A DNA stretch of 64,000 nucleotides from Macrostomum lignano (Eukaryota), in contig NIVC01002847.1 in NCBI GenBank assembly GCA_002269645.1, positions 71,733 to 135,732 on the forward strand. The letters run 5' to 3'. This document shows positions 8,803-21,070 of the stretch, piece after piece. Position numbers and translations under genes: made by a program. Every line of letters starts with the position of its first letter. The stretch's first letter is position 1. The notes beneath the pieces are model-generated. The model did not search any database. It worked only from the letters and a program-made list of their open reading frames with translations, and was not told where the DNA came from.

Positions 8803-11800
8803 GGTTTGAAAAGGAATCGGAAGCAGAACAGAATTAAGATGCGACTAAAGACTAGTAGCCTGAGCTTCTTTTTAAGAAAACAAAATGGCTGACGCAAGAA
8901 ACCCCACTTGCAGTTTTTCATCTCAAACTAGTTTTTACAAAAGTCAGTACTCAGTGCTACTCCAGTATGTGTGATTTATTTCTGTTCGAGTATGTCATAC
9001 TAGATGTCCGGCAGCCTTCATGTTCATTATTTTTATTGATGCGCATATACTCGCCTAAGACATGTTTACTGGCTGATTGTACAAGTAAGATTTTCGTGTA
9101 TTTATTTTTAGCGCGGTATGTTTACATTTGCGCATTATTCAGCTCTCTCTTGTTAAGTTTCTGGATGATAATAAGACTTATATTCTTTGGTTAATATTTA
9201 TCGTTGGGAAGGCCAGGGTTTCCGAGCATTGAAAATCGCATAGAAGAAAAAATCCGACATTTTCAGGCATTGCGCGTAACTCAAAGAATGATATTCCTTC
9301 TGAGAAATAGTCTAGAACTATAAAGTTCTTTTTTTGTCTGGGGAGTCAATTGCACTGCGCACACGCCAGACTGCCTGTTTCTATTGAATTTTTTTTACCT
9401 TTCATGCCTACTTGCCCAGACTATTGCTTGGTTAATAGTAAATTAAAACTTTTATATTCAGAAAATACGTTTCGCGCGTGATTGTTTCATTTAATTTTTT
9501 CCAACATACGTACGTACGAGCTACCTACACCTATGGATGCTGCGCATGCGTCTTGGTAGTTTACCTGTGTTTCGGTTCGTGTAGGAATCAAGCTTCATAA
9601 CAGTTCCCCATTTTGAAGGCATACAGTGTAATATTATTCCCACGAATCGTCTCTATTCGAAACGTTTGAAAACAATTAATCAGTTATTAATAAGTTGAAC
9701 TCGAGTGTGTATACTGACTAAGACAATGGGTGAACTTGGTAAAATCAGATACCCCTATGAAGGGTACCAATAAACAAAATGGTTGACTAATACCCATAAA
9801 GTACGATAATTAGGGTTCATTAACATGGACAGCTCAATAATTCCAATTGAAGCTAGTATGCATTCCAGCCGATGTTGACTCGAATGCTTCTCGAGACTGT
9901 TTTCTGATTGTTTTTCCCCGGCTGCCTTCTGGCGGCATTTCTCGGGTTGTGCGCAATCCACTTGACCTGCCCCTCGGGTAGCTCTATACTTAAGTTCCCT
10001 CACAGGAGGTGACGTGCACATCTAAAAATAGACCCTTTATTTTTCTATTTCGGCCCTGCCTTGGTTAAGGGGGTGTATCTGGAGTGATTGTGACTCTGGA
10101 TTGTAGTGCGGCTAGATTGGGACTTGAGCCCCCTGGTCGTACTCGCCCTGCAGGAAAGACGACCATTCACAAAAGTGTACGGTAGAGCCCAGTTGATGCC
10201 AGCCCTGAGGCTGAGCCCATAATAAGGGTTGTGCTCCTCCCTATTGTTTTTATCCCTTTGTGTTTTAGCTTTGTGTTTTATCCCTTTGCCCATGCAGCCG
10301 TCCAATCTTTGGAGTTATGAGCTCTGCCCTTTTCTTGTCCATCTTGCTCTCCCTTGGTACATCTGCTGGCTCCTCTGGTTGTCTCCCTGCTTATTGTGTC
10401 TCTGGCTCTCATTGGATTGGTGTCCTGGGGAAGAGTTTGTCCCGAATCGGGGAAAACCGGCTGAGTCCGGTGGTCCTTTTGCTTCATGGTACTCCTCTCC
10501 AACCCCTTGGCTTGGGCTTATTATAGCTGGGTAATAAAAATATGAAAGATATGAAAGACTCGAGTCTCCCGCTCTTGGACATGCTTTCCAAAAATCCATA
10601 ATTTCCAAAACATTTCAAAAATTTTTCATTTCAATCTTTTTTGCGCGCGCACACTGGAAGTTTTGTCGTTGGTTGGTGGCTTGGGTGGATCAGTCTTTGC
10701 ACCTGCCGTCCTGATTCCACTGTTGGGTTGGCGGTGTTCATAGGCTTGGGCTAGTAGCATCCAATAAGCCAATTTAACTTGGCCCTGAGTCCTAGTCCCA
10801 ATCTGGACCTCTCTGGCTTTATGCCCCTGATAGTATGGCCCCTAATATATCCGCGGCTGATCCGCGGTAATCACACGCTTTCCACCCCAGTTTAACAACA
10901 CAATGCTTCTCGACTACTGAAGAGTAAGTAGCAAGCAAAGTATCTTAGCTTGAGTGTCGTGCCGTGAACTTGGCATAAAGAAACTCAAGGTTTATTTTAA
11001 CTAGCAAGTAGCTTATTAAATAATGACACGAGCAGGGGCTGAGAGAACACCGAAATAAAGTCACGTGATGATAAATACAAGTACATGGCGGCTTAGGGGA
11101 TGGCCAGTCAGAGTGAAGGGAGAGGAAAGAATGGTGTGCACGTACGATGCACGTACATAGCATAAGTTAGTTAGTTAGCCAGTGCCTAGAGCTCAGCGCT
11201 CCAGCACCACATTGAGAAAGCGAAGTCGGATAGGAACACGCGTACTCTCGATTGTATTATCTAGCTGTACCATTTGAATTTGTTCCCCTTTCTGGTTCCA
11301 ATTCCCAGCACGATAACCAATTGAGTGCTCTAACACGTACTGTGGATGCATGAATATAAAGTAAAGACGCGCGAGCCAAGGGTGATAACTGTGGTAATGA
11401 CTGGCAATCTTGGACCCCGTTGGGAAGGCGACAAAGAAAAGCTGATACAATGAATGAAACACGCAGCTTTTGACTTTGTATAGTTCCTAATGCTCGTTTC
11501 TTAAGGGAAATGTTTCACTGGATGCTTCGAGTCAAGCTGCTGTTCAATAGAATCTGTCAGTTTCCGAGTCTTTGAATTGTTAAGCAGGACGGCAGTCTGG
11601 CAGGTCCTCACATTGCCACACTGCTCACACTGCTCCCAAAGTACAACTCTACGGCTACTCAAAATTGCACCAAGCCATGACTATGGCACCATATGCATCC
11701 TAACGCTATATATTTAGAGAAAAAATTTACAGGCTTGGAAATTAACCTTTTGCTTGCCTTTTTCAAAATCTTAACTTGAAGGAACGATCATTGCAAAGTC

Positions 11801-12037
11801 AGAATGTCTTCCTTCCTGTGATTGGTTGTTCCAGACATGGCAAGGTTCGTTTTAAGATTGCTGCACAAAAAGGAACTTCAATATTCGAAAATATGTATGT
11901 GTACCAAGCATGCGCCGGGTAGATGTTTACACAACGATAAATATCAAGATATGCATTGACAGTTTAAATTTACCTGTGTTAAAGGCATAACAAGTATTTT
12001 ACTAAGCAAATAAGTTACGAACATAACAGATAAAGCC

Positions 12038-13522
12038 ATGCCCTTAAACACGCCCCTCGATGGGGCGCAGAGCGAGTCTGCGTTACTCCTAACCAGACGT
12101 GGAAGATCACGGCAAATGAGCAAAACAACCAAAACCACTGTGACGTTTCTGCTCATCATGAAGCTCTGCAGCAACATGTACGAGTATCAAATGATCTCAT
12201 TCGACGTGAAATCCTACAATCAAACAGCCGCCGAAGCTGGTCTGTGCATCTATCAAAAACAGACTCCGAACAGCTTAATAAATATCAAAATTCTTCCCCT
12301 CGCGACCGCCGCTTTTGTGCTGCCGACGCTCGGAGGCCTGATGTCCGACGCTTTCGTCGGGTGCATCAAGACGCTGTGGATTGCAGCTGTGCTGCAGCTG
12401 AGCGGTAGCGGCCTGCTGACAACCTTCGAGTCAGCCGGCATGTCTTGCAGGATGCCGCTGTATGTCATGTCGTGGCTACCGTTTGTGCTCTTCATGGGCA
12501 TCGTCAGCTCACTTGCTCTGCATGCGCCGATGCAGATTGCCTCGAGCAGTCGTGCCAGACAGCTCGTGCTCTGCCTCTACTTTGCCGTTGCAGCCATTGG
12601 CGAGACATTAGGAACCATGCCGTCAATGCTGAAGTACCTAACAGAGAAGAGTTTCGAATTTTCTAGTGTAATTTTCAGCATAGTGAGTGTCTTGTGTCTG
12701 ACGATGGTGACTTTGTGGAATAAAACTCCTGAGCTAGAACAAGAAAATGTTCAATACTTTATGCTTCCAAGCGGGAGAAGGCTTAAAAAGTTTTATCTGA
12801 TTTCGGCGGGAACCATTCCGCATCTGGCCTGCATTTTGTTATGTAGAGTCAACTTTTACTGGCAACAGATCAGATTCTTTGCACGCACTCATGGCGTCGA
12901 TGATTACTGGGCCTTTTTTGTTCCTTTTGCTGGGTACCAGACAGCCACTACTTTGTTCAGCCTGCTCGGAGCTTCTGCAATCTACAAGTTTGGTACTCCA
13001 GCTGGGTGCATAAACCTGATGACGCGCATCAGAGCTGGTCTCTGTCTCATGACCGCCTCCAAAGTTTCACTGATGCTGCTGAGTCTGCTCGACTTCTATA
13101 ATGCAATCAACATCGAGAGCTGGAGTTCCTCGACAGTGTGGGCGATCTACTTCGCATCAGCTTTCTGCGACGGTATCACTACAGTGTTGACTACAATTGC
13201 AATCTATGAGATCGTCTACCGGGTTGCTAACTCTGGCGCCAAAGCGACTATGCTGGGGATTTTCTACACGGTCTGGGGACTGTCAGTCTTTCTAAACGGC
13301 TTAGTTCTGTTGACACTTCAGGCCTGCAACGTGCTGAGTCTGGATCCCAGCAATAGGACGAAGCCAATGTCTCACTATGCGTACGGCTGCGTCATCTGCC
13401 TGTTGCTAATCGCTATCGCCTACTGGGAGAAGATCTCGTGGCCTCTGGCCTCCAGTTTACTAGCTGACCAGGAAGCTCAAGAGCTCGAGTCGTCTGAACA
13501 TGAAAGAAGTTCGCCAGCTTGA
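12038..13522 (+). CDS. MFS transporter, divergent POT/PTR2 (SLC15-like), intronless; start may be ATG 12116
   Basis: 494-aa ORF with about 11-12 hydrophobic segments. LGGLMSDAFVGCIKTL resembles the PTR2 GGxxADxxxGxxxTI motif; IYEIVYRVANSGAKATMLG resembles the EFxYxxAPxxMKS segment. Confidence 0.65.
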   Translation: MPLNTPLDGAQSESALLLTRRGRSRQMSKTTKTTVTFLLIMKLCSNMYEYQMISFDVKSYNQTAAEAGLCIYQKQTPNSLINIKILPLATAAFVLPTLGGLMSDAFVGCIKTLWIAAVLQLSGSGLLTTFESAGMSCRMPLYVMSWLPFVLFMGIVSSLALHAPMQIASSSRARQLVLCLYFAVAAIGETLGTMPSMLKYLTEKSFEFSSVIFSIVSVLCLTMVTLWNKTPELEQENVQYFMLPSGRRLKKFYLISAGTIPHLACILLCRVNFYWQQIRFFARTHGVDDYWAFFVPFAGYQTATTLFSLLGASAIYKFGTPAGCINLMTRIRAGLCLMTASKVSLMLLSLLDFYNAINIESWSSSTVWAIYFASAFCDGITTVLTTIAIYEIVYRVANSGAKATMLGIFYTVWGLSVFLNGLVLLTLQACNVLSLDPSNRTKPMSHYAYGCVICLLLIAIAYWEKISWPLASSLLADQEAQELESSEHERSSPA

Positions 13523-14888
13523 TATTCGGACTCTGTTGAGCATATAACTGGTTTTTATTACAGTCTAGGCATCTTACTTTGTTCTCTACGATTTTCTAAG
13601 CCAAAAATATAGCTATCAATACTACTGTACCTACCTATGCTTAAGTTAATGGGATGAAACACGGAAACGATGCCTTAGTAAAGTCCGCGGTAGCAATACA
13701 GTTAATAACTGCATGCACTTATACCGATTTTAATGCTATGAGAATAGTTGACAAACGAGTTCTCGCACCTCGAATTCAATTGTATTCGTACGTCGAATGC
13801 CATTAGGGTAAGTTATCAGAGTGTGAGCATAATTATGTCTTTGCTTGAACAATATTATTTTGGTCAGTGATTTTTTAGCTATATTTTTTAATCGGAAAGT
13901 CATAATCGAACAAAAAATTGTTAAATTGTTCAATAATTTTTTTAAGTAAGGAGAAGGGATTAAAATGTAGCTTTTAAGTAAGACAATAAAGAAGCGATAG
14001 CGGTTGCTGTCTAAGACTAACTATACTGCTTAATTATTCTAGAACAGCTATGCAGAGTAAGCATATTGCAAGACATCAACAGTATTAATGACAAACTTAT
14101 GTAAGGAGTTATGAAATTATGTTTCGTATTGAAAGTGCAAATTAGTACATGTGAAATCCCACACAAGCTTTATTCTACCATCTTACTTTGCAAATCAATC
14201 TACTGGTGGGGTCTAGAGAGACAATGACTTGATTATTGTTTCAGAAGGTTTGCAACAGATAGTTCAACCATGTCCTTGAGTTTCGACGAGTTTCAACTAG
14301 CAAATAGAGAAAAAGTTAAGTTTTTAGTGAAGTTATGTCCATGGCCCCCAGAATAGCTAGCTTATTTATGGTCATGGCAAGGCAAACCTTCACTGGGAAC
14401 TGAAGTTTCCAGTCCTGAAGTCCGCTTGAATTGGAAAGGCAGGTCCAATGGAACCATTTGAATTCTCGGAATAAACACAGATTGTCCTCTGCTAGATACT
14501 GTCACGATTTCGCCTCAATCACATCCAAAAAAAGCTGCTTGACGATTAGCCTGGTGCCCCGTTACATAGCTTTGGGGAATTTACATTTACATTTACATTC
14601 CGGAGGCTCCAGTGAGTTTAAGTACTCAATGGGAAATTCCAGTGCATTGTCATCAGTCATATATTGTTGCGTCAGATGACTTGCAGCTGGTGGTATTGCC
14701 AGCTCGAAATTTTCTCGTGCGATTTTTTAACTACATACATGTAATTATAATGTACATGAGAATGAACGCTAACAAAATGAACGCTAAATTAGAGTGTCTT
14801 ATACCTGTACTTCCCGAGATACTCGTGATAAATGTGCATTTAAGCTATAACGCCGTTCATCTAGTTGTTTTTTATCTGCTTTGATTTG

Positions 14889-15164
14889 CAGATGTTGTAG
14901 CCTAGTGGTTAGAGCGTCGGACTTACGACTTGAAGGTCGTGGGTTCGATTCCTGATCCCACTGTAACAATTTGTGTCCTTGAGCAAAACACAACTCTGCA
15001 TTGCTTCAGTTCACCCAGCTGTAAAATGGGTGCCAGTATTAGCTGGGGTAATTGAGGGTGTGCGTGGCGACCCCCCAGTCCTTGGACTGAAAGCCGTACG
15101 CAGCCTTCAGATGCGCCGCGCAATAGCTGCGGCTGAGCTGTCGGTTGCACATCTGCCCATTTGG
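14889..15164 (+). mobile_element. tRNA-derived CORE-like SINE, copy A (3' tail missing)
   Basis: A-box TAGCCTAGTGGTTAGAGC and B-box GGTTCGATTCC, then TGTGTCCTTGAGCAA...CAGTTCACCCAGCTGTAAAATGGG resembling the CORE domain. Paralogs at 33170 and 59732. Confidence 0.85.
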
Positions 15165-15192
15165 TGCCTTCACTTGTGGGCCTTTTCCCCCT

Positions 15193-15963
15193 TGTCATGT
15201 GAGTCAGTCACATGACAAGGCCTTCTTCCTTCTTTAGTCCAAAGTGCAATGATTTCATCATTGTACGCTGGGCTCGTGTTTATGGGGAGATCACGTGCGC
15301 CCGGACCCCCTTGCCTCCTCTGAGGCAGGGCCCGCTTGTTTGTTGCTAAAAATAGCAACAGAGTCACCCATGACTCTCAGCGGGGGTCTTTCGTGCTATG
15401 GTGCAATCGATCCTCCCTATAAATGCAGCCCCTCTCATGGCTTGGCTCAGACAAGCCTTTCTGTGCCCTTGCTCCGTATTCATTTCTCCTTTCCGCCGTT
15501 TCGCTCAGCGCGTGTGCTAAAGTTTAAACTCCAAGACTCCCGACTTTGCGCGTGACTGCCTCTGATTGCACCTGCTATTAATTAGCAGGCCAGCTCGGAT
15601 CGCCCGAAGCTAGCACTTTCGCTCTCACCCCGCACCAGCCCGGCAGGGACTGCTGACGGTGGGCACCTCTGCGCGAGAACTGCTAAATCTGCACGAAGTG
15701 CGAGTCTCTTTCTCTCGTCTTAGTTATTTGCTTCTACGAGCTCAGCACCTCACCGAAGGCTGCGACTCTGCGAAGCTGATGGCAGCACTACCTACGCTAC
15801 GAGAACTAGTTTCTAAGAAACCGGCACCTAGAGGTCACCGCCCTGCGCCAGGAGACTTACCAGGCCATCTCCAGTCGACACCGCAGAAGCCTGTACTTCA
15901 CTGGTGGCAACGCTCCTATTGAGGACTTCAAGACCACCCCGAGACAAACCAACAACAACATAC
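15193..15963 (+). mobile_element. Possible solo LTR or unknown element abutting SINE copy A
   Basis: Starts TGTCATG inside a 13-bp-stem palindrome; TATA-like CTATAAAT near 15416; CpG-rich; candidate CA ends near 15959-15963. No TSD and no second copy found. Confidence 0.3.
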
Positions 15964-17191
15964 ACTTCATAAGGAAACCGGTGATTCCTGAAAAAATCAT
16001 GGAGACCAACTTTTTGTAAGCTTTCTCTTGGTGGAATTTTTTGCAGGAGTTTTAGTTTTACTCATCCTTCACAGAGTTTCCCTCTTTCTAGAGGATTAGG
16101 CCAGAGAAACTGTATAATTACCATCAAGACGGCACTACATGAGCCATCAGCTTGGAGCTGCAATGATACATGTACATGTACGATCGAATTAACCAAAATT
16201 AATATCTCAGTAGCTACACAATAATTTCCAAGAGAGTAGAGGTACTCCCTCATCATCCCGTTTCTACTACTTTTGCAAAGGATGAGTGAAAATAAAGTTA
16301 TGTGGCGGCTGTACAGGCCCCTGCACGCCTGGCTGCTGGGGAGTTTTGCCCAGCCAGCCAGTTCGAGCTGACTCACACCTCCTTATTCTCGTTATGTATA
16401 AATAACTATGCTGAACAAATATACGCAAGATCTTTTTGCTCGCTTGCTATACTAGCTACCACTCGCAAGCCGCTTCAGTTACCTATAATACATACAACAT
16501 TAAAAAAAGATTCGGGAGAAACAATCATTTTTAACATTGGTATCCATGCTTTTTTGCATGAATCTCTAGTTTCTTCGCCAGTCACCAATGCGGACTAGCG
16601 GCAACTGTGTCATCTGTGTCAAACTGTGTCCTTTAATGTGATTTTGCGCCTTTGCCGACTCAAGCAGGCTAGCCGAGTCGTACGGCTTTTTATAGCCGGT
16701 GCAGTATTGTTTTCTAAAAAAACATAAAAAATCGTGAAATTATGTTTTAAAAACGACCTCTAACGCAGGGTAAATTTTTACTGTATTTTTTGTTTTAAGA
16801 CGTTTAAAATTATCTTAGAAAATTTTTCAATTTTAAATAGCTTGTGTGGCAGTGTGAGCTGCCACTAATGATTTTTTTATTTTATTAACCGTCATTATTT
16901 TATTAATTTTTCGGCCCATCTTGTGACCCCTTCTGTTGTTCCCCGGGTTGGCCCGTCCACCATTAGGTGCCTCCTGTTGGCAAATTTCGTCATTTCTCCC
17001 TGTTCCTGTGTTGGCCTTTCTGCCCCCTTTTTCTTGGTTTAGCGCGTCCCCCGTTTGGTTATCTTTTTGTTTTTCTGTGTTTTTCTGCGGCTTAATTTCT
17101 CGTTCCATGATTGGTCTTTCGTGGCCATGTTTTGTCCCCAGCTCATGTCCCCGTCTGCCCATTTGTTGTTCTTTAGCTTTTATTTAATGAT

Positions 17192-19144
17192 AGGTAGTAC
17201 ACGCGGCTCTGCCGAGTATGCCGCAGTCAGTTCAGCTGTCCGCACTGCCGCTGAACAGTCGGTGCCGCTAATGCGGCCTACCCAGCGGGGACAACCGGTC
17301 TGGATGGAGGATGAGGAGGTCAGACAGGCGGCAGACAACGTGAAGCGCATCCGTCTGAGTGGCCAGCCAGCGCACGACGCCAGCCGCCGTTGACGACGCC
17401 ATTCGAGCCGTCTCTGCTGCGGGCCCTGACGCAAGGAGCCGCGTGGCCTGGTCCACCATCAACACCCTGACGGGGCGCAAGCAGCGGGCGGCGCTCAACC
17501 CGGCAGGCGACACCCCGGACGAGCGTAAGAACAGTCTGCGCACGTTCTTCGCCGCCATCGTCAATGCACCGCCGCCGCCCACGCTGCCAGCTGATCTGCA
17601 ACTGCCGCCTGAAACACCAGTGCCAACGGTGGAGCAGTTCAACACCAGTCCAGTCACCCCTACCGATGTTGTGACCCTCGCCTTTAAGACCCCGGGTGGC
17701 AGGGCGCTGGGTCCAGACGAAGTGCCAATCGAGGCGCTGCGCATCAACTGCGTGGCCACTGATGTCACCCGTGTGATCAACAGCGTGCTTGCCGGAGGTC
17801 CAGCACCTACCGAATGGACCATGGCACACATCGTCGGCATACCAAAGAAGCCTGGCACCACCAAGCTGGAGGAACATCGAGGCATCTGCCTAATGTCCAT
17901 CGCCGCGAAGCTGTTCAACCGGCTCCTGCTTACCCGGTTGCAGCCCGTGCTGGATCCCTACCTGCGGACCGAGCAGAACGGGTTCCGGCCAAGACGCGGC
18001 ACTGTTACGCAGATCCTGGCCCTTCGGCGAGTCATCGAGGAGGCGCGCACGCGCCAGTCAAGCCTGATCGTGGTCTTCGTTGACTTCAGGAAGGCTTTCG
18101 ACTCGGTTGCCAGAAGCGCGCTTCCACTGGTGGGTGCTCAGAGCGTACAACGTGCCGCAGCAACTGGTCAGTGCTACGATGGCGCTGTACCAGAACACCA
18201 GAGCTGCGGTGGTGACGCCAGACGGCCTCTCGGACACCTTCGACACGTCATCCGGAGTGCTCCAGGGGGACACGCTGGCGCCCTTCCTGTTTGTACTGGT
18301 TCTGGACTGGGTGCTGCGGACTGCCCTACTAACAGCCGACGATGGCTTCCTCCTGCAACGCCGTGTGGGCCGCCGCCAGCCAGAGCGTCGCCTCAGCATC
18401 CTGGGCTACGCCGATGATTTCGCCCTGCTGTCCTCAACCGTCGAGGGCGCCCAACGTCAGCTGGACCGTCTGGTTGGCGTTGCTGCGAGCGTCGGCCTGG
18501 TGATCAACACGCAAAAGACCGTCGTGCTCACCATGCCCACCAACATCCAAGCCGACATCTACTGACGAGGCGCTGATGGGCAGGCAACGCTGCTGCCGCG
18601 CGTTCAGCAGGCGGCCTGGTACCTGACGCCTTCGACGACCTGAGGCGTCGCCGTGGACTCGCTTGGGCGGCCTTCAACTCCATGAGGACCGTCCTGCACT
18701 CTGCGGCCCTGCCAGACCGCCAGCGCTCGGCGCGTTGTTCCAGGCGGTGAGACGCTCGAGCGACAGGTCGACGCGGCGCACGCCGGCCTGCTGCGCGCTG
18801 CCTTCAAGATCGGCGGCGGAGAGCATGTCACCAACGCGGCGCTGTACGCCCGAGCTCGCCTGGCCCGCCCCAGCGATCTTCTCCGCCGTCGGCGGCTCCA
18901 GCTGGCAGGCCACCTCATCCGCGCTGAGGCGTACTGCCCCGAGCCGGCGCAGGAGACGCTGCTGCTTGCGCTCCCGGCGCCCTTCCGGCGGGGGCAGGCG
19001 CGCACTCGGCGGTATCCGGACTGCCTGCTGGCCGATGCTGGCGCCCCCGACCAGGCCGGTGGACCGGCCTTTCTCCGCTCCCGTGCTCTGAGGCGCGACC
19101 TGTGACGCCCAAAATCGACCCTGGGGCGTAACTTGTTGTTGTTG
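17192..19144 (+). mobile_element. 5'-truncated RTE-like non-LTR retrotransposon, frameshifted RT
   Basis: RT motifs IVGIPKK, EQNGFR, FVDFRKAFDS, GVLQGDTLAPFLF, GYADD; frameshift near 18130 and stop at 18563; (TTG)n tail 19133-19146; 8-bp TSD TTAATGAT at 17184-17191 and 19145-19152. Confidence 0.9.
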
Positions 19145-20559
19145 TTAATGATGTTCCCGGGAGCCGTTTGTTTTCATGCCTCCTTCTCCTTTTCTTTTTG
19201 GTTTTCCCTCCCTTCCCTCTCGTCATCCCCTGCTGCAATTTAACCGTTAACTTCTGAATCAATTTAGCTCAATTTGAGACCAGTCGTTTGTGCTTAAACT
19301 TAGTTAACTGTTATTAGCGCGCTCGCGGCACTGCCGGCTCTCATCTATTTGTCAGGTCGCCGATCTTAATAAGTTACCTTGCTAGCATAACTATATTCCT
19401 TAGTTCTTTTGTGGTTTAATAAACGTTGAACGATACTTAATCGCTTATTAATTATCTTGAAAACTTAACCTTTATTGAGTTCTTTGCCCACGGTGCTTAA
19501 AAATAGTCAAGTTCTCAACTCAAAGAAATCTCTGAGACTTCAACGTTCCGTAATACGTAAATTACGGTTGTGGCAGCGCTACTCTACTGATAGTAATAAG
19601 TCAAGCATACGAGGTACATTAATTTTCGGTGTCTCTGAACGACCGTGCCTAACGAAGACCGCCCGCCTACGACCGAACTACCACCCCCCCGGAATTGAGG
19701 ACCCCGGCAGCCGGAGTATTCAGGAGAAATTTCGTTAAGATTCGTCGGCGCGATTTTCCGGATTCAATTCGTGCGAACGCAACGCCGGCGGTAATTCAAA
19801 AGTTAAAATTGCCCCACCTCGCGCATAGTAATTAAAATTATAAGCGCTTCTTTAGTTTCGTGTCAGCAGCCCGGCCGATTTTCAAAAGCTCAAGTTTTAT
19901 TTTCTTTTCTCCGCCCCCACCTCACTTGACTCTGCGGCTGACCGGATCGTAGACTTGTAGTGTGTACTATGGATGTTGTGTAGTAGAGTAAAGTGTTGTT
20001 ATCTACAGTGTTGTGTAGCCCCCCTCTTAGCACAATTCAGTCTAGCGTAGTCTAGCTCCGCTCTAACAGGCCTTTGACTATGACTTGAGCTATGACCAAA
20101 CATGTATGACCAGACTTAGACTTAGTTTGACTTAATCATCATATATTGTATGTCAATTCTCATGTTTACTCTTCACTAATAAATATTTATAAGAACTTCC
20201 ATTCCAATATACTTAAAATGGTCTGTCGCTGACTGAGAAATTGATTAGGGCCTATGGCTATGTCATAACTTTTACTCTAACCATTTTTTGTCAGTAGGCA
20301 TATTGAATTAAGTATTAAGAATTAAGAATTAAGTAAGCATATTGAAAAAGTACCCTTTAAGCCTATAATATATCAAAGAAGTGTCATATCAAACATAAAA
20401 GGCACAAATACAATCCACTTTATTAACAGCCATTTCAGTAAACAGCCACTTTGATAACAAAGCAGATTTAATGACTATCATTATCAACACTTTGTCAACA
20501 CATGTAAGTCGCATTTTTGACTAAAAATGATATCGCATTTTTGTTAAAACTAAGTTGCA

Positions 20560-21070
20560 CAGCCAACCGAATTTTGGAAATTGCGCATGTATGTATTGTA
20601 TATCAAACATAAAAGAACTACCATGTCAAACATAAAAGAGACACTTATTTGAAATGTAAAAAAGCAACAATGCCAAACATAAAGGAGCCACAATATCAAA
20701 CATAAAATAAGCATTCTATAAAACAAAAAAGAACATTATGTACAATATAAAAAAATGCATCAGGTAAAAAAATGGAGCCACTCTAAAGCTAAGGAAATTG
20801 TTGCATTAGCTACTTGTCTTCTAATAGATAGGCCTACTTGCTATTAGGAAATGCTTGCTATTGGAAGGATGCATACTATCTGGAAAATGCTTGCTCTTGG
20901 GAGGTGGAGGGTACTTGGTATCTAAAAAGGGATTGCTGGCTATCTATAATGATTCTTTTTATCTAGGTAGGCCCCATCCCCCATGCTTGCTATATAGGGA
21001 TTCTTGCTATCTAGGGATGCTTTCTATCTAGGGTTATTTGCTATTAAGGGATGCTTGCTAGCTAAAGCAT
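20560..21070 (+). mobile_element. Old degenerate relative of the satellite-bearing Helitron at 28076-31472
   Basis: Degenerate CCATGTCAAACATAAAAGAG units, then linker GAGCCACTCTAAAGCTAAGGAAATTGTTGCATTAGCTACTT (cf. 31121-31160), then degenerate GATGCTTGCTATCT units, in the same order as the intact copy. Confidence 0.7.

Noticed and set aside
14889-14965. tRNA gene (A and B boxes); also at 33170 and 60056
   Set aside because: No clean acceptor or anticodon stems, and homology among the three copies extends more than 200 bp past the tRNA-like part, so these are SINE heads.
17268-19262. Long antisense ORFs over the RTE element (and likewise over the Gypsy pol and receptor exons)
   Set aside because: Shadow ORFs of GC-rich coding sequence with no independent motifs.
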